A DNA stretch of 64,000 nt from Ostreococcus lucimarinus (GCA_000092065.1 CP000581.1), one strand, 5' to 3'; counted from the first letter of the stretch, positions 48,967 through 59,515 are shown. Program-made: numbers and translations. The notes: a model not told the origin generated them from the letters alone.

Positions 48967-49710
48967 ATGGCGGACGCGATGATGGACGAGTTCATGAAAT
49001 TCCAAGCCGAGATGGACGCGATCGGCGCGAAAGACGCCGAGGCGAGCGAAAACGCGCCGACGGACGCGCCGACGGACGCGCCCGCGCCCGCGCGCGCGGT
49101 GCCGGGACCGACGCCGCGACCGGCGCCGCGACCGATCGCCGCGCACGGACGGGCGACGATCGCGCGCACGGCCGAACGCGTGCCCGCGGGACCGACGGCG
49201 CCGCCGCCGCCGCCGCGCGCGGCGTACGCGTCGACGGCGACGACGACGCACGGAAGAGTGATCCCGGGCGTGGAGTACAAACCGATCGGTAAGGCGCTGG
49301 CGCGGAAGGCGGGGGGAGATAAGTGGGACGATTCCTCGCTGGCGGAGTGGCCGGAGGATGATCACAGGATATTCGTCGGGGATTTAGGGAACGAGTGCAA
49401 CGACGAAATGCTCGCGCGAGCGTTCGCGAAATATCCGAGTTTCGCCAAGGCCAAGGTGGTGATGGATAAGATGAATCCGGGGAAGAACAAGGGGTATGGA
49501 TTCGTGTCGTTTCTTGACATCGGGGATTACGCGCGGGCGATGAAGGAGATGGCGGGGAAGTTTATCGGAAACCGGCCGGTCAAGTTGCGCAAATCGACGT
49601 GGAGCGAACGCACCGACGATAAGCGTCAAGTTAAGGGTTTGGGCGGGAAGAAGCGCGGAGTCCCACTGCACAAGCGTAAGCACATTCCCATCGGGCCTTC
49701 GCTGAAATAG
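48967..49710 (+). CDS. RBM42: RNA-binding motif protein 42 (RBM42), RRM protein
   Basis: The C-terminal half aligns with human RBM42: KWDDSSLAEWPEDDHRIFVGDLGNECNDEMLARAFAKYPSFAKAKVVMDKMNPGKNKGYGFVSFLDIGDYARAMKEMAGKFIGNRPVKLRKSTW to KTWEDPSLAEWDPNDFRIFCGDLGNEVNDDILARAFSRFPSFLKAKVIRDKRTGKTKGYGFVSF.... The N-terminus is Pro/Ala-rich. Confidence 0.8.
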   Translation: MADAMMDEFMKFQAEMDAIGAKDAEASENAPTDAPTDAPAPARAVPGPTPRPAPRPIAAHGRATIARTAERVPAGPTAPPPPPRAAYASTATTTHGRVIPGVEYKPIGKALARKAGGDKWDDSSLAEWPEDDHRIFVGDLGNECNDEMLARAFAKYPSFAKAKVVMDKMNPGKNKGYGFVSFLDIGDYARAMKEMAGKFIGNRPVKLRKSTWSERTDDKRQVKGLGGKKRGVPLHKRKHIPIGPSLK

Positions 49711-49952
49711 CTCGATTAGCGATAGCGTGTCACGATTAAGTTAGTTCGCTTTGGCGATTCACAACAACAAGTCTTCTACGGTTCTTCTAGGTCACCTTCG
49801 TCGTTCATTCGTTCGTTATCATAATCCTTAAACCTGCGCGCGCGAGAAAGCGCATGCTCGTTCCGTCAGTCATCGCGCGTGAAATCGTGGTCTCGACGTT
49901 CGTCGCAAACGTTCGCATTCGCATCAGTAAACTTGTTCCTCGTCACAGAATT

Positions 49953-50930
49953 TCAGTTGGAACTTGTGCATTTTGAAAACAAGAAGATTACATCTCGTGC
50001 GTCGCGCGTTGAGACATCACATCGAGTGTTCGCGCGACGTACCATGCCCTGCTGCGCGGCGAGTTGGCGGAGATACTCCACCTGCGCGCGTTGATCCGGC
50101 GGCAACACCGCGATTTGCTGGGGCGTCATCGCGAGCACTTGTCGCAACAGCGCCTGCTGTTGATCCATCGGTGGCTGCGCCACCGCCACGGGCGGCGCCG
50201 GTGGAGGTGGCACTACCGCGCGCACCGGCGGCGGCGGCGGCGGTGCCGTGCGCATTCGCGACGCCTGCTGCCCGACCAAATGCGGCGCCGGCGCCGGCGC
50301 CGGCGCCGCGGCCCCACTCGGCGGTTTCACCATCCCCAGCACCAACTGCGCCTGAAACAACGCCAGCGATAACTGCGGATTCTGTATCAACAGCGTCCTC
50401 GCCTGCGCGGGATCACTCTCCGTCATCTGTTTCATCTGCGACATGATCTCGTACATCTGCGTCGGCGTGAGATCCGCCACGCGTTTCGTCAACAAATCCA
50501 TCGCCGCTCCCGTCGCCGACGTCGCGCCCTCAAACGCGTGTCGCATCCCCATCTGATTCGCGTGTTTCGCCATCGCTTGCCCGACCGGCGCGTCCGCGCG
50601 CAGCCGTCCCGGCGCCGCCGCGTTCGCGTTCGCGTTCCCGTTCCCGCCGCCCGCGCCTCCCGCGCCGCCGCCCTCTCCCTTCATCGTCTCCGCGTGATCA
50701 ACGCGCAGTTGTCTCCCGTTGTACTCGCGTCCGTTCACGTTCCGCACCGCGCTCATCGCCGTGGCGTAATCATCGAATTCCACGAACCCGTATCCCTTCA
50801 GCTTCCCCGTGTCGCGATCGGCGACGAGCCTGAGCTCGCGCACCGGCCCGACCTCGCCGAACACGTCCCGCAGGCTCGTCTCCGTCGCGTCGTACGGGAT
50901 GTTCCCGATGAAGACGGTGCCCTCGGGCAT
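49953..50930 (-). CDS. CSTF2: Cleavage stimulation factor subunit 2 (CstF-64): RRM + hinge + C-terminal domain
   Basis: RRM VFIGNIPYDATETSLRDVFGEVGPVRELRLVADRDTGKLKGYGFVEFDDYATAMSAVRNVNGREYNGRQLRVD. Hinge LTPTQMYEIMSQMKQMTESDPAQARTLLIQNPQLSLALFQAQ. C-terminal domain QQQALLRQVLAMTPQQIAVLPPDQRAQV. The track start is GTG at 50960; the ATG is 50930. Confidence 0.8.
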   Translation of the reverse strand: MPEGTVFIGNIPYDATETSLRDVFGEVGPVRELRLVADRDTGKLKGYGFVEFDDYATAMSAVRNVNGREYNGRQLRVDHAETMKGEGGGAGGAGGGNGNANANAAAPGRLRADAPVGQAMAKHANQMGMRHAFEGATSATGAAMDLLTKRVADLTPTQMYEIMSQMKQMTESDPAQARTLLIQNPQLSLALFQAQLVLGMVKPPSGAAAPAPAPAPHLVGQQASRMRTAPPPPPPVRAVVPPPPAPPVAVAQPPMDQQQALLRQVLAMTPQQIAVLPPDQRAQVEYLRQLAAQQGMVRRANTRCDVSTRDARDVIFLFSKCTSSN

Positions 50931-50980
50931 CGCGTCGCTTTTTGACGCCCTCGACGTCACCTCGCGACGCTCGCGTCGGC

Positions 50981-52012
50981 ATGCGCGCGTCGTCGCGTCG
51001 CCGCGCGCGCGCGCCGACGGCGCGGCGGTTTTTCGCGCTCTTTTCGTCGCTCGCCGTCGCGGCGCGCGCGGCGCCGGACAGGGTCGGCTGCGACCGGAAG
51101 GTGTCCGGCGTCGACATCATGACGAAATCGAGGATAATGGACCGGACGCCGAGCGTCGGGTCGTTCGTGACCGCGAGCGCGCCGACGTACGGGCCGAACG
51201 ATCCGATAACGATCACGCTCACCGGTTTGGCGCGCGCGGCGTTCGCGCACGCGAGCGCGGGGACGGCGACCACCATTTCTGGATTCACCGCGAAGTCGTG
51301 CGGCGGGACGGCGCAGCAGTACGCGAACTCGGGCGCTTCGGGAACGAAGACGTTCACGTGGACGGCGCCCGCGGATCTCACGAGCGTGTCGAGCGTGGAT
51401 ATTTCGGCCGGGTACGCCGCCGGGCAAGGCGCGGTGACGAGACAGACGATCACGCTGACTCGAGCGCCGGGGGCGGCGTGCGCGACGAACCAACGCGTGT
51501 CGAGCGGCGCGTGCGTCGCGTGTCCGGCGGGATCGACGCGCGCCGCGGGCGATCCGGTGTACGGCGGCGATACGACGTGTACGGCGACTCTGTGCGCGAC
51601 GAATGAACGCGTATCGAACAACGCGTGCGTCGCGTGCGCCGGGTCGGCGACGAACGCCGCCGGCGACGACGCCACGCAATCGGATACGACGTGCGACGGC
51701 GCGGCGTGCGCGTCGAACCAACACGTCTCGTCCAGCAGCTGCACCGCGTGTCCCGCGGGCACGACGCGCGCCGCGGGCGATCCGGTGTACGGCGGCGATA
51801 CGACGTGTACGGCGACCGCGTGTGGGGCGAATGAACGCGTATCGAACAACGCGTGCGTCGCGTGCGCCGCGTACACCACCAACGCCGCCGGCGACCTCGC
51901 CAACGGCGGCGACACCGCCTGCGACGCCGCCTCGGCCGCGCCGGCCGGTCCAAAATTTATCGTATTCGCCCTCTTCACCGCCCTCGCGTGCGCGTGCGCG
52001 CGCGTCGCTTGA
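50981..52012 (+). CDS. Secreted/GPI-anchored-type surface protein with four tandem ephrin-receptor-like (TNFR/EGF-like) cysteine repeats
   Basis: Signal peptide MRASSRRRARAPTARRFFALFSSLAVAARA, ATG at 50981; the track start 50942 is TTG. There are four repeats of CxTN(Q/E)RVSxxxCxxCxxGxxxxxGDxxxxxDTxCxxxxC, for example ACATNQRVSSGACVACPAGSTRAAGDPVYGGDTTCTAT. The C-terminus is hydrophobic, PKFIVFALFTALACACARVA. Antisense track ORFs 50770..51978 and 50957..52018 are rejected. Confidence 0.55.
   Translation: MRASSRRRARAPTARRFFALFSSLAVAARAAPDRVGCDRKVSGVDIMTKSRIMDRTPSVGSFVTASAPTYGPNDPITITLTGLARAAFAHASAGTATTISGFTAKSCGGTAQQYANSGASGTKTFTWTAPADLTSVSSVDISAGYAAGQGAVTRQTITLTRAPGAACATNQRVSSGACVACPAGSTRAAGDPVYGGDTTCTATLCATNERVSNNACVACAGSATNAAGDDATQSDTTCDGAACASNQHVSSSSCTACPAGTTRAAGDPVYGGDTTCTATACGANERVSNNACVACAAYTTNAAGDLANGGDTACDAASAAPAGPKFIVFALFTALACACARVA
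51470..51930. repeat. Tandem duplication (about 228-230 bp period) inside the ephrin-like repeat coding region
   Basis: gcgcgccgcgggcgatccggtgtacggcggcgatacgacgtgtacggcgac occurs at 51536-51587 and 51766-51817. gaatgaacgcgtatcgaacaacgcgtgcgtcgcgtgcgcc occurs at 51601-51640 and 51829-51868. These near-identical DNA copies encode the Cys-repeat modules. Confidence 0.65.
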
Positions 52013-52060
52013 TTTCATTTCATTTCAATTCAATTCAATTTAATTTTTTTCGCCCTCTCG
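52013..52060. repeat. AT-rich (ttcaat/caatt)n low-complexity spacer between the ephrin-like gene and PRP4 kinase
   Basis: tttcatttcatttcaattcaattcaatttaattttttt is the only strongly AT-rich intergenic stretch in the window. It is a likely terminator/promoter spacer. Confidence 0.4.
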
Positions 52061-52159
52061 GTGCGGTGTGATTTACATTCTTCTTCGATTCCTTTGCCTT
52101 CATCGCGCGCCCGGCGCGACGCCGCACACGCCCGCGCGGCCGCGCGTCGCTCGACGCGA

Positions 52160-53740
52160 ATGACGGCGAACGGCGCGCGCGATGCGCCGTCGACGACGTC
52201 CTCGACGCCGCGCGCGAAGCGGAAACGCGCGCTCGAAGGCGCACCGAACGACGACGACGACGATGATGATGTCGACGCGAACGTCCGCGCGTGGCGCGCG
52301 ACGCGCGCGACGGACGACGACGACGACGAGGCGTCCGAAGAGATCTCAGCGACGGCGTTCGGCGCGGAGGACGACGAGGAGGCGCTGATCGAGGCGAGAC
52401 GGAAACGACGCGCGGAGATCATGGCGAAACACGGGGCGACGAGCGCGCGCGCGGCGACGGCGAACGCGGAGACGACGACGACGACGCGCGACGCGAGCGC
52501 GACGATGGCGACGAAGACGAAGACGGTGGTGCGGACATCGGCGACGACGGTCGCGGTCGGGGATATGTTCGGAGAGGATTCGGATGAAGACGCGTTGTAC
52601 TTGAATCCGACGGACGTCGGCGGCGACGCGAAGCGCGCGAAACGCGCGGGAGGGGCGGTGGATATGTCCAAAGGTTTGGCCGATAATTGGGACGATGCCG
52701 AGGGATACTACTGCGCGCGCATCGGCGAGGTGTTGGATGGGCGGTACACGATCACGGCGCACCTCGGTAAGGGGGTGTTTTCAAACGTCTTGCGCGCGGT
52801 GGACGAGTCAAAGACGGAGGGCGAGCCGAGTGAGGTGGCGATTAAAGTCATTCGGTGCAACGACTCCATGTACAAGGCGGCGCAGCTCGAGATTGACATA
52901 TTACAGAAACTCAGTGGAAGTGATCCCGAGAATAAGCGACACTGCGTGCGCTTCGTGCGGCACTTTGAGTATCGCGAGCACGTGTTCATGGTGTTCGAGT
53001 CGTTGGCGATGAATCTGCGCGAGGTGATTAAAAAGTTTGGCCGTAACGTCGGCATCAACATCAAAGCCGTGCAGGCGTACGCCACTCAGTTGTTCATCGC
53101 GCTGAGACACTTGAAGAACTGCGGCGTGGTGCACGCGGACATCAAGCCCGACAATGTTCTAGTCAACGAAAGCCACAACGTATTAAAGTTGTGCGATTTC
53201 GGCAGCGCGATGTTCGACGGCGACAACGAGTTGACGCCGTATTTGGTGTCGCGATTCTATCGCGCGCCGGAGGTGATTCTTGGACTGCCGTATTCGCATC
53301 CTATGGATTTGTGGTCAGTCGGATGCTGCTTGTACGAACTGTTCACCGGTAACATCTCGTTCCCGGGTCGCTCAAACAATCACATGCTAAAGCTCATGCT
53401 CGAACTCAAAGGGCCCGTACCGAAAAAGTTGCTTCGCCGCGCTTTGTTCAAGGATAATCACTACGATCCCATGGGGATATTCTCGGTCGTCGAGGAAGAT
53501 CCCGTGACGAAGAAGAGTATTCGCCGTCTCGTTCGCGACGCCAAACCGACAAAAGATTTATCGAAAATATTCACGCGCGACTCCGACATGAGCGACGGCG
53601 AGCGCAAAAAAGCGCTTCAGTTGGCCGACTTGCTCAATCAGATCTTCAATATCGATCCGGAGAAGCGCATCACGGTGCTCGACGCGCTGCAGCACCCGTT
53701 CATAGTTGAAAAAATATCATCCGCTTCCGATGGCAAATGA
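52160..53740 (+). CDS. PRPF4B: Serine/threonine-protein kinase PRP4 homolog (pre-mRNA processing 4 kinase, DYRK family)
   Basis: The kinase domain aligns nearly residue-by-residue with human PRPF4B: GKGVFSNVLRAVD...VAIKVIRCNDSMYKAAQLEIDILQKLSGSDPENKRHCVRFVRHFEYREHVFMVFESLAMNLREVIKKFGRNVGINIKAVQAYATQLFIALRHLKNCGVVHADIKPDNVLVNES..LKLCDFGSA...TPYLVSRFYRAPEVILG...MWSVGCCLYELFTGNISFPGRSNNHMLKLMLELKG. The N-terminus is RS/D/E-rich. The track start is GTG at 52061; the first ATG is 52160. Confidence 0.85.
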   Translation: MTANGARDAPSTTSSTPRAKRKRALEGAPNDDDDDDDVDANVRAWRATRATDDDDDEASEEISATAFGAEDDEEALIEARRKRRAEIMAKHGATSARAATANAETTTTTRDASATMATKTKTVVRTSATTVAVGDMFGEDSDEDALYLNPTDVGGDAKRAKRAGGAVDMSKGLADNWDDAEGYYCARIGEVLDGRYTITAHLGKGVFSNVLRAVDESKTEGEPSEVAIKVIRCNDSMYKAAQLEIDILQKLSGSDPENKRHCVRFVRHFEYREHVFMVFESLAMNLREVIKKFGRNVGINIKAVQAYATQLFIALRHLKNCGVVHADIKPDNVLVNESHNVLKLCDFGSAMFDGDNELTPYLVSRFYRAPEVILGLPYSHPMDLWSVGCCLYELFTGNISFPGRSNNHMLKLMLELKGPVPKKLLRRALFKDNHYDPMGIFSVVEEDPVTKKSIRRLVRDAKPTKDLSKIFTRDSDMSDGERKKALQLADLLNQIFNIDPEKRITVLDALQHPFIVEKISSASDGK

Positions 53741-53839
53741 TAAATAGCGATTAGAACAGTGTAAAAACATCGGAACGACGCCGACGTCGCTTCGAAAAGC
53801 AATGTGTGTTTGTTCGTTAAAACGCGTTCTCTAAGTTTC

Positions 53840-55171
53840 TCAACGTCCGCCGGGCAACCCAGACCAGGCCCCCGCCTTCTTCTTTGGTTCTTCCTTCGGC
53901 TTCGCCGCTTCCTTCGGCTTTTCCGGCTCCGGCGCCTTGATGCCTTCAGCCATGGTTTCGTCAAAGTTGAGCATGGCGCTGCCCTTGAAGATTTTGTTAA
54001 ACGCGAGCGTGACCTTGAATCCACCATCCATGGTATCGGTGACGTCCTTTCTCAATCGATGGCTCAGGCAGGGGCCGATAACGCGGGCGATGTCTTCCAT
54101 CGTGACTTCAGTGCGACCTTCGAAGGCGACGAGAGCCTTGGCGGCGCGAGTGACTACGATGTCCCCGCGCAAACCGTCAACGTTGACCAAGGCGCAAACG
54201 CCAGAAATCTTCAACGCAAAATCACGATCCATGGTCACCGAAGGCAAGAGTTTTTGAGCGGCGACAATCTTCGCCTTCAACGCTTCGGTTTCTTCTCTAC
54301 ACTCCTCCGTGTAGCCCTTCGGATCGCGCTCGTACGCCAACTTGTTCATCACCAACTCCGTACGTTGATCCATGTCGAAGATTGTTCTGATGTTCACCGC
54401 CATCCCGAAACGATCGAGAAGCTGAGGACGAAGTTCACCCTCCTCCGGGTTGCCGCTACCGATCATGATAAACTTCGCCGGGTGGGTCAACGAGATGCCT
54501 TCGCGCTCCACAGTGTTCCAACCGCCCGCGGCGGAATCGAGGACGACGTCCACGAGCGAATCGTCCAACAAGTTCACCTCATCAATGTACAGCAAACCTC
54601 TGTTCGCTTTCGCCAACAAACCGGGATCGTACGCTTTCGTACCCTCGCTCAGCGCCTTTTCGATGTCGATGGTCCCACAAATGCGATCCTCCGTCGTCCC
54701 GAGCGGCACCTCCACCATCGGCACGCGCATCTTCGCCGTCTCCAACGTCTCGCCTCTCTGAAACGCCTCCCGCACGTCCGGTCCCATGAGCTCCGGATTC
54801 GTCGGCGACGAATTAAACGGGTCATTCTTCACCACGTCGATCTCCGGCAGCAACTGCACGAGCGAGCGCACCGACACGCTCTTCGCCGTGCCGCGGTCGC
54901 CCATGATGAGCACCCCGCCGATGGCGCTATCCACCACGTTCAGCGTCAGCGCCAGCTTCAGCTCCTCCTGCGCCACGATCTTCACGAACGGGAACGACGC
55001 CGACTCGCTCTTCGCCCGCGTCACCGTCGCTCGGCGCGCATCGCTCGCGCGCGCGCGCCCACCGACCGTCGTCGCCGCCGTCGCGCGCGCCCGCGTCTTA
55101 TCCGCAACCGCGCGCGTCGTTCGCGCGCGCGCGGCGCCGGGCGCGCGGCGCGGCGCGCTCGAGCACCGCAT
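53840..55171 (-). CDS. CHLI: Magnesium-chelatase subunit ChlI (AAA+), chloroplast, with K/P/E-rich C-terminal extension
   Basis: [55 protein letters not shown]...[74 protein letters not shown] is diagnostic of ChlI. The track ORF extends to 55849, but that region is R-rich and reaches the HisD promoter. The start was set at ATG 55171 ([28 protein letters not shown]..., transit-peptide-like). Confidence 0.8.
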   Translation of the reverse strand: MRCSSAPRRAPGAARARTTRAVADKTRARATAATTVGGRARASDARRATVTRAKSESASFPFVKIVAQEELKLALTLNVVDSAIGGVLIMGDRGTAKSVSVRSLVQLLPEIDVVKNDPFNSSPTNPELMGPDVREAFQRGETLETAKMRVPMVEVPLGTTEDRICGTIDIEKALSEGTKAYDPGLLAKANRGLLYIDEVNLLDDSLVDVVLDSAAGGWNTVEREGISLTHPAKFIMIGSGNPEEGELRPQLLDRFGMAVNIRTIFDMDQRTELVMNKLAYERDPKGYTEECREETEALKAKIVAAQKLLPSVTMDRDFALKISGVCALVNVDGLRGDIVVTRAAKALVAFEGRTEVTMEDIARVIGPCLSHRLRKDVTDTMDGGFKVTLAFNKIFKGSAMLNFDETMAEGIKAPEPEKPKEAAKPKEEPKKKAGAWSGLPGGR

Positions 55172-55427
55172 TCCGTGCGTTCGCGAGGTGCGCGCGCGTC
55201 CGTCGCGATCCGCGCGTCGCGATCGCGCGTGTGCGGCGCGCGCGCGACGCGCGATCGTCGCCGTCCGAGACGTCCGAGAAAACCAGCCCCGATCGCGATC
55301 GCGCGCGCCCGGGCGCCTGACTGTTTGCCCACACGACGACGTAGGTTTTGCGACGCCGACGCGTCCGAGACGGCCGAGACGACGCGCGGTGACGTCACAA
55401 CGCGACCGCACGACGCGCGCGACGCAC

Positions 55428-56876
55428 ATGTCCGCGGCGCGCGCGCGCGCGGCGAACGCGCGAACGACGCGCGCGGCGCGCGGACGCGTCGCGGGCGCAC
55501 GCGCGGGCGCGCGCGGCGAGCGCGCGGGCGCGAGACGAAGGATCGCTCGACCGGCGGGGGCGACGGCGGCGACGACGGCGTTCGACATGCGGACGTACGT
55601 CGAGCGCGATCTCACCGCGGAAGAGCGCGTGGAGGTGATGCGTCGACCGCGGGTGGACTTTACGAGCATCCTGGACACGGTGAAGCCGATCGTGGAGGCG
55701 GTGGGAACGCGCGGGGACGCGGCGGTGCGCGAGTACACGAGCAAGTTCGACGGCGTCGATTTGGAAGCGGTGACGGTGCGCGTGGATGAATTGCCCGATC
55801 CCGTGCTGGATGATGATGTGAAGAAGGCGTTTGACGTGGCGTACGACAATATCGCGGCGTTTCACGCGGCGCAGGCGAAGAGCGGGGACGTGGACGTGAC
55901 GACGATGCCAGGGGTGCGCTGTCGACGCGTGTCGAGACCGATCGGAGCGGTCGGACTGTACGTCCCGGGCGGCACCGCGGTGTTACCGAGCACGGCGCTC
56001 ATGCTCGCGGTGCCGGCGAAGATTGCCGGGTGCGAACGCGTCGTGCTCGCGACGCCGCCGCGCAAGGATGGTTCCATCGTTCCGGAGGTGCTGTACGTGG
56101 CGAAAAAGGCGGGGGTGACGCACATTCTCAAGGCTGGCGGCGCGCAAGCGATCGCGGCGATGGGATTCGGCACGGAAACGTGCCCGAAGGTGGATAAGCT
56201 CTTCGGTCCGGGGAATCAGTTTGTGACGGCGGCGAAGATGTCGCTGCAAAACTCAGACGCGATGGTTTCCATCGACATGCCCGCGGGCCCGAGTGAGGTG
56301 CTCGTCATCGCGGATAAAGACGCCCCCGCCGCCCACGTCGCCGCCGATCTCTTGTCTCAAGCCGAGCACGGGCCGGACAGCCAGGTGGTTTTGGTGACGT
56401 TCCCGGACGTGGATTTGAAGGCTATCACGGACGCCGTGGCGGACCAAGCGAGCAAGCTCCCGCGCGCCGAAATCACCGCCAAGGCGCTCGGCCACTCCTA
56501 CGCCGTCGTCGTTGACGACATGGCGGCCGCGTGCGATTTTAGCAATCGATACGCTCCCGAGCACTTGATCGTAAACGTCGAAAATGCGGAATCATGGTTA
56601 CCGCAGTTAGACAACGCCGGTTCCATCTTCCTCGGGCGCTGGACCCCAGAATCCGTGGGCGATTACGCCAGCGGCACCAACCACGTTTTACCCACCTATG
56701 GCTACTCTCGCATGTACTCCGGCGTATCCTTGGACTCTTTCGTTAAGTACATGACGGTTCAAGAGCTCACCAAGGAAGGTTTAGACGCGCTCGGTCCTCA
56801 CGTCGCCAGGATGGCGGCGGTCGAAGGTTTGGACGCGCACAGATCCGCCGTGACTTTACGCTTAGGCATCGACTAG
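55428..56876 (+). CDS. HISD: Histidinol dehydrogenase (HisD/HDH) with N-terminal transit peptide
   Basis: It lies within track ORF 54786..56876. The start was set at ATG 55428 ([23 protein letters not shown]...). The HisD core is conserved: [13 protein letters not shown]..., [51 protein letters not shown] and [64 protein letters not shown]. Confidence 0.85.
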   Translation: MSAARARAANARTTRAARGRVAGARAGARGERAGARRRIARPAGATAATTAFDMRTYVERDLTAEERVEVMRRPRVDFTSILDTVKPIVEAVGTRGDAAVREYTSKFDGVDLEAVTVRVDELPDPVLDDDVKKAFDVAYDNIAAFHAAQAKSGDVDVTTMPGVRCRRVSRPIGAVGLYVPGGTAVLPSTALMLAVPAKIAGCERVVLATPPRKDGSIVPEVLYVAKKAGVTHILKAGGAQAIAAMGFGTETCPKVDKLFGPGNQFVTAAKMSLQNSDAMVSIDMPAGPSEVLVIADKDAPAAHVAADLLSQAEHGPDSQVVLVTFPDVDLKAITDAVADQASKLPRAEITAKALGHSYAVVVDDMAAACDFSNRYAPEHLIVNVENAESWLPQLDNAGSIFLGRWTPESVGDYASGTNHVLPTYGYSRMYSGVSLDSFVKYMTVQELTKEGLDALGPHVARMAAVEGLDAHRSAVTLRLGID

Positions 56877-57063
56877 CCCACTGTTGAATTTATATTCTTT
56901 TGCCTAAATTTGCGAACGACCGTTTGTCAACCATCGCCGACCGCCGTCCTCGCGCTTTTGCGCCGCCGCGTCGCGTTTGCTCGCCGGCGCCTCCTCCCAT
57001 CTTGTCGCTCAGGTCGCGCCACTCCTCCGCGCCCTCGAGCGCGTCGGACTCGCTCGAACGACG

Positions 57064-58242
57064 ATGAACGTCGACGAGGCCGAACGATGTTGCGACATCG
57101 CGCGCGCCGCGCTCGATAACGCGTCGTCCGAGGCCGATCTTGAAAAGGCGCTGAGGTTCATCTCCAAGGCACTTAAACTCGATTCCACGAGCGCGCGCGC
57201 GAACAAGCTCCGCGCCGACGTCGAGAGCAAACGCGTGAAAGGATTTAGTGGCAGCGCGTCCGCGAGCGCGAGCGAAAACGGGCGAAACGGCGAGGCGAAT
57301 GGGCGATCGGCGAGTCAGCCCGGGACGCAGCGTCGCGCGAGCGCGACGACTTCGGCGCCGAGCGGTGAAAAGAGCGCGAAGCGAGGGACGCCCGAGCAAG
57401 AGAAACTCATCGCGAATGTGAAAAAGGCCGGTGCGGATTATTATCGAGTGCTCGGGATCGAGCGCGGTGCGAGCGACGCGGACATAAAGAAGGCGTACAG
57501 AAAGTTGGCGTTGAAGCTGCACCCGGACAAGTGTCAAGCCGCGGGGGCTGAGGAGGTGTTTAAGACGGTGAGTAAAGCGTTCGCGTGCTTGAGCGATCCG
57601 AACAAACGTGCGGCGTTCGATCGATATGGGAGCGATGATCCACAGCAAGCAGGCTTCGGGCCGGGGATGCGTCGACGCGGGGGCGCGGGTGGCGCGCAAG
57701 GGTTCGGCTTCGACGACGATATCGATCCTGCGGACATTTTCAACATGTTCTTTAACGGAGGCATGCCGGGCGGTATGGGTGGGTTCGGCGGACCGGGGTT
57801 CAGAGTACACACGTTCGGGGGTGGGTTCCCGCGCCAGAGGCAGCACTCGGGCGGGGCGAGAGGTCCTCACGTGGACGATAGCGCGACCGTGATTCGCAAC
57901 ATACTGCATCTTCTGCCACTGTTGATTCCAATTCTGATGTGGCTATTGACGCCGGCAGAGGAGCACTTTTCCATGCATCGATCGAAAGAACATCCAGACT
58001 TGCTTCGCACGTCGCGCATGGAGTTGCCGTTTTACGTCAACAAACACATCTTTGAGCAAAAGTTCCCCAAGGGTGACCAGCAACGCTCGATGGAGCATCG
58101 AATCGAGAACGAAATCATCAATCGTTATCGTCGGCAGTGCGACTACGAGCGTCAGAGTTGGACGAGCAAGAGGCCACACTGCGAGCATTTGCGAGAGCTC
58201 CAAAAAAAGTATCCGGAGCTCAACGTGTTTTCGCCGTGGTGA
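57064..58242 (+). CDS. DNAJB12: DnaJ homolog subfamily B member 12/14-like (ER-membrane J-protein, DUF1977 C-terminus)
   Basis: N-terminus MNVDEAERCCDIARAALDN, compare DNAJB12 KDEAERCISIAL. J domain DYYRVLGIERGASDADIKKAYRKLALKLHPDKCQAAGAEEVFKTVSKAFACLSDPNKRAAFDRYG. Then a G/F-rich region, a TM segment IRNILHLLPLLIPILMWLL and a conserved C-terminal domain. ATG at 57064, inside track ORF 56977. Confidence 0.7.
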   Translation: MNVDEAERCCDIARAALDNASSEADLEKALRFISKALKLDSTSARANKLRADVESKRVKGFSGSASASASENGRNGEANGRSASQPGTQRRASATTSAPSGEKSAKRGTPEQEKLIANVKKAGADYYRVLGIERGASDADIKKAYRKLALKLHPDKCQAAGAEEVFKTVSKAFACLSDPNKRAAFDRYGSDDPQQAGFGPGMRRRGGAGGAQGFGFDDDIDPADIFNMFFNGGMPGGMGGFGGPGFRVHTFGGGFPRQRQHSGGARGPHVDDSATVIRNILHLLPLLIPILMWLLTPAEEHFSMHRSKEHPDLLRTSRMELPFYVNKHIFEQKFPKGDQQRSMEHRIENEIINRYRRQCDYERQSWTSKRPHCEHLRELQKKYPELNVFSPW

Positions 58243-58339
58243 TGAGCGACACTACAATCCTCCTTAGGTCTTTACTAAATACACATCTTAGTAGTTGAGT
58301 TGAAGAAACGTTTACATTCGTAACAACGCGGCTAATGGG

Positions 58340-59515
58340 TCAAGTTGGTAGACGCGCGAGCGCGAAGAGCGTAAACAAACGCGTGAAAAGAAGCAACACT
58401 ACGGACGCGAGCGCGAAGCACACGGCGAGAACCCAGTACTGAACGTGCATTCTGTGGCCAGCAAATTTGCCTTTAAATATGACGTCGTACGTACCGCTTG
58501 CGAATCCTCGCAGCGCGGCCATCGTCGCCGTGCCCGTCGTGGCGAGCACCAATCGACGGTTTTCGCGAGTCTCCGTCGCCGCCTGGAACAACTCTTTCCA
58601 AGTCCCGAAGAGCGCGGGAGAGTGAATCTCTCCGTCTGTGTGCGCATTGTGGACTCCGTTTGAGCGCGGTGGTGTCTGCGCCACCGGGGTGAAGCGCGAA
58701 GCCAGTGGACTTGTCGGCGAATCGTCTCGCTTTGACGCCGCGTACGAGCCCCCGCGAAGCATCTCATCGGGGTGCATCGCCATTTCCATCGACGCGACGA
58801 CGTACGTGCGAACGCTCGTTTCCACCATAGCGTGCATCATCTCTAAGAATACCGCCTTGTTGGCTGGATTTCGAACCGCCTCAAACATATCGGCGTACAT
58901 GTTATCGTCGCCCATCGTGCGCACGTACGTCGTCATCGCCGCGTCCACAAGCTCTCGACCGAAGTCTACGACTAAATTTTTGTTCTTCGACTTCTCCAAG
59001 AACGCCACCGCGCGATCCGCCGCGCTCGGACGCTCAACCGCCTCGCCGTCGCCAGCGTCGTCGAACCCGGCGATCGCTCGCAGCACCTCCGCGTTATCCT
59101 TCGCCACGCTCACCATCGCGCCGAGCAAGCTCTTGCTCGTTTCACCCACAAAGTCGCTCACCGCGCGCAACCGTTTCGGTTCGAGCAGCGCGTCGACGAT
59201 GGATTCCATCAACGTATCGCTCTCCGCCGCGTCGCCGCCGCTCGAGCTCGCCCCCGCGCTCGTTCGTTTCGTCACCATCCTCGCTCCCGCGCTCGCCCCG
59301 ACCGCCGCTCCGTGCGCCACCGCCGTCGCCACGCGCGCCACCGCCGCGGTCACCTCGGGCGCCTCCATCAGCGCGCACGCTCGCGCCAACGACGCCGGCG
59401 GCGCCGCGTCCCCGTCCCCGTCCACCACGTAATCCTTCACGTCCGCGCTCACCCTCTGCAGTATCTCCCCCAGCGCGACCGCCGCCGCGCAGTACGACAT
59501 CGTCGCTCGCACCAT
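58340..59515 (-). CDS. Hypothetical protein with C-terminal transmembrane anchor
   Basis: 391 aa, Ala/Val-rich but non-repetitive, with a C-terminal hydrophobic segment VQYWVLAVCFALASVVLLLFTRLF. No family recognised. Confidence 0.35.
   Translation of the reverse strand: MVRATMSYCAAAVALGEILQRVSADVKDYVVDGDGDAAPPASLARACALMEAPEVTAAVARVATAVAHGAAVGASAGARMVTKRTSAGASSSGGDAAESDTLMESIVDALLEPKRLRAVSDFVGETSKSLLGAMVSVAKDNAEVLRAIAGFDDAGDGEAVERPSAADRAVAFLEKSKNKNLVVDFGRELVDAAMTTYVRTMGDDNMYADMFEAVRNPANKAVFLEMMHAMVETSVRTYVVASMEMAMHPDEMLRGGSYAASKRDDSPTSPLASRFTPVAQTPPRSNGVHNAHTDGEIHSPALFGTWKELFQAATETRENRRLVLATTGTATMAALRGFASGTYDVIFKGKFAGHRMHVQYWVLAVCFALASVVLLLFTRLFTLFALARLPT

Noticed and set aside
50770-52018. 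Two long minus-strand ORFs (402 and 353 aa) across the ephrin-like repeat gene
   Set aside because: They are produced by the GC-rich tandem repeats. The plus strand yields a coherent signal-peptide/Cys-repeat/GPI-tail protein, whereas the minus-strand frames are Arg/His-rich.
53804-55789. 661-aa plus-strand ORF
   Set aside because: Antisense to the strongly conserved Mg-chelatase ChlI gene. The translation is R/H/L-rich with no domain signal.
56890-57909. 339-aa minus-strand ORF
   Set aside because: Antisense to the DNAJB12-like gene (J domain clearly on the plus strand). The translation is low complexity.
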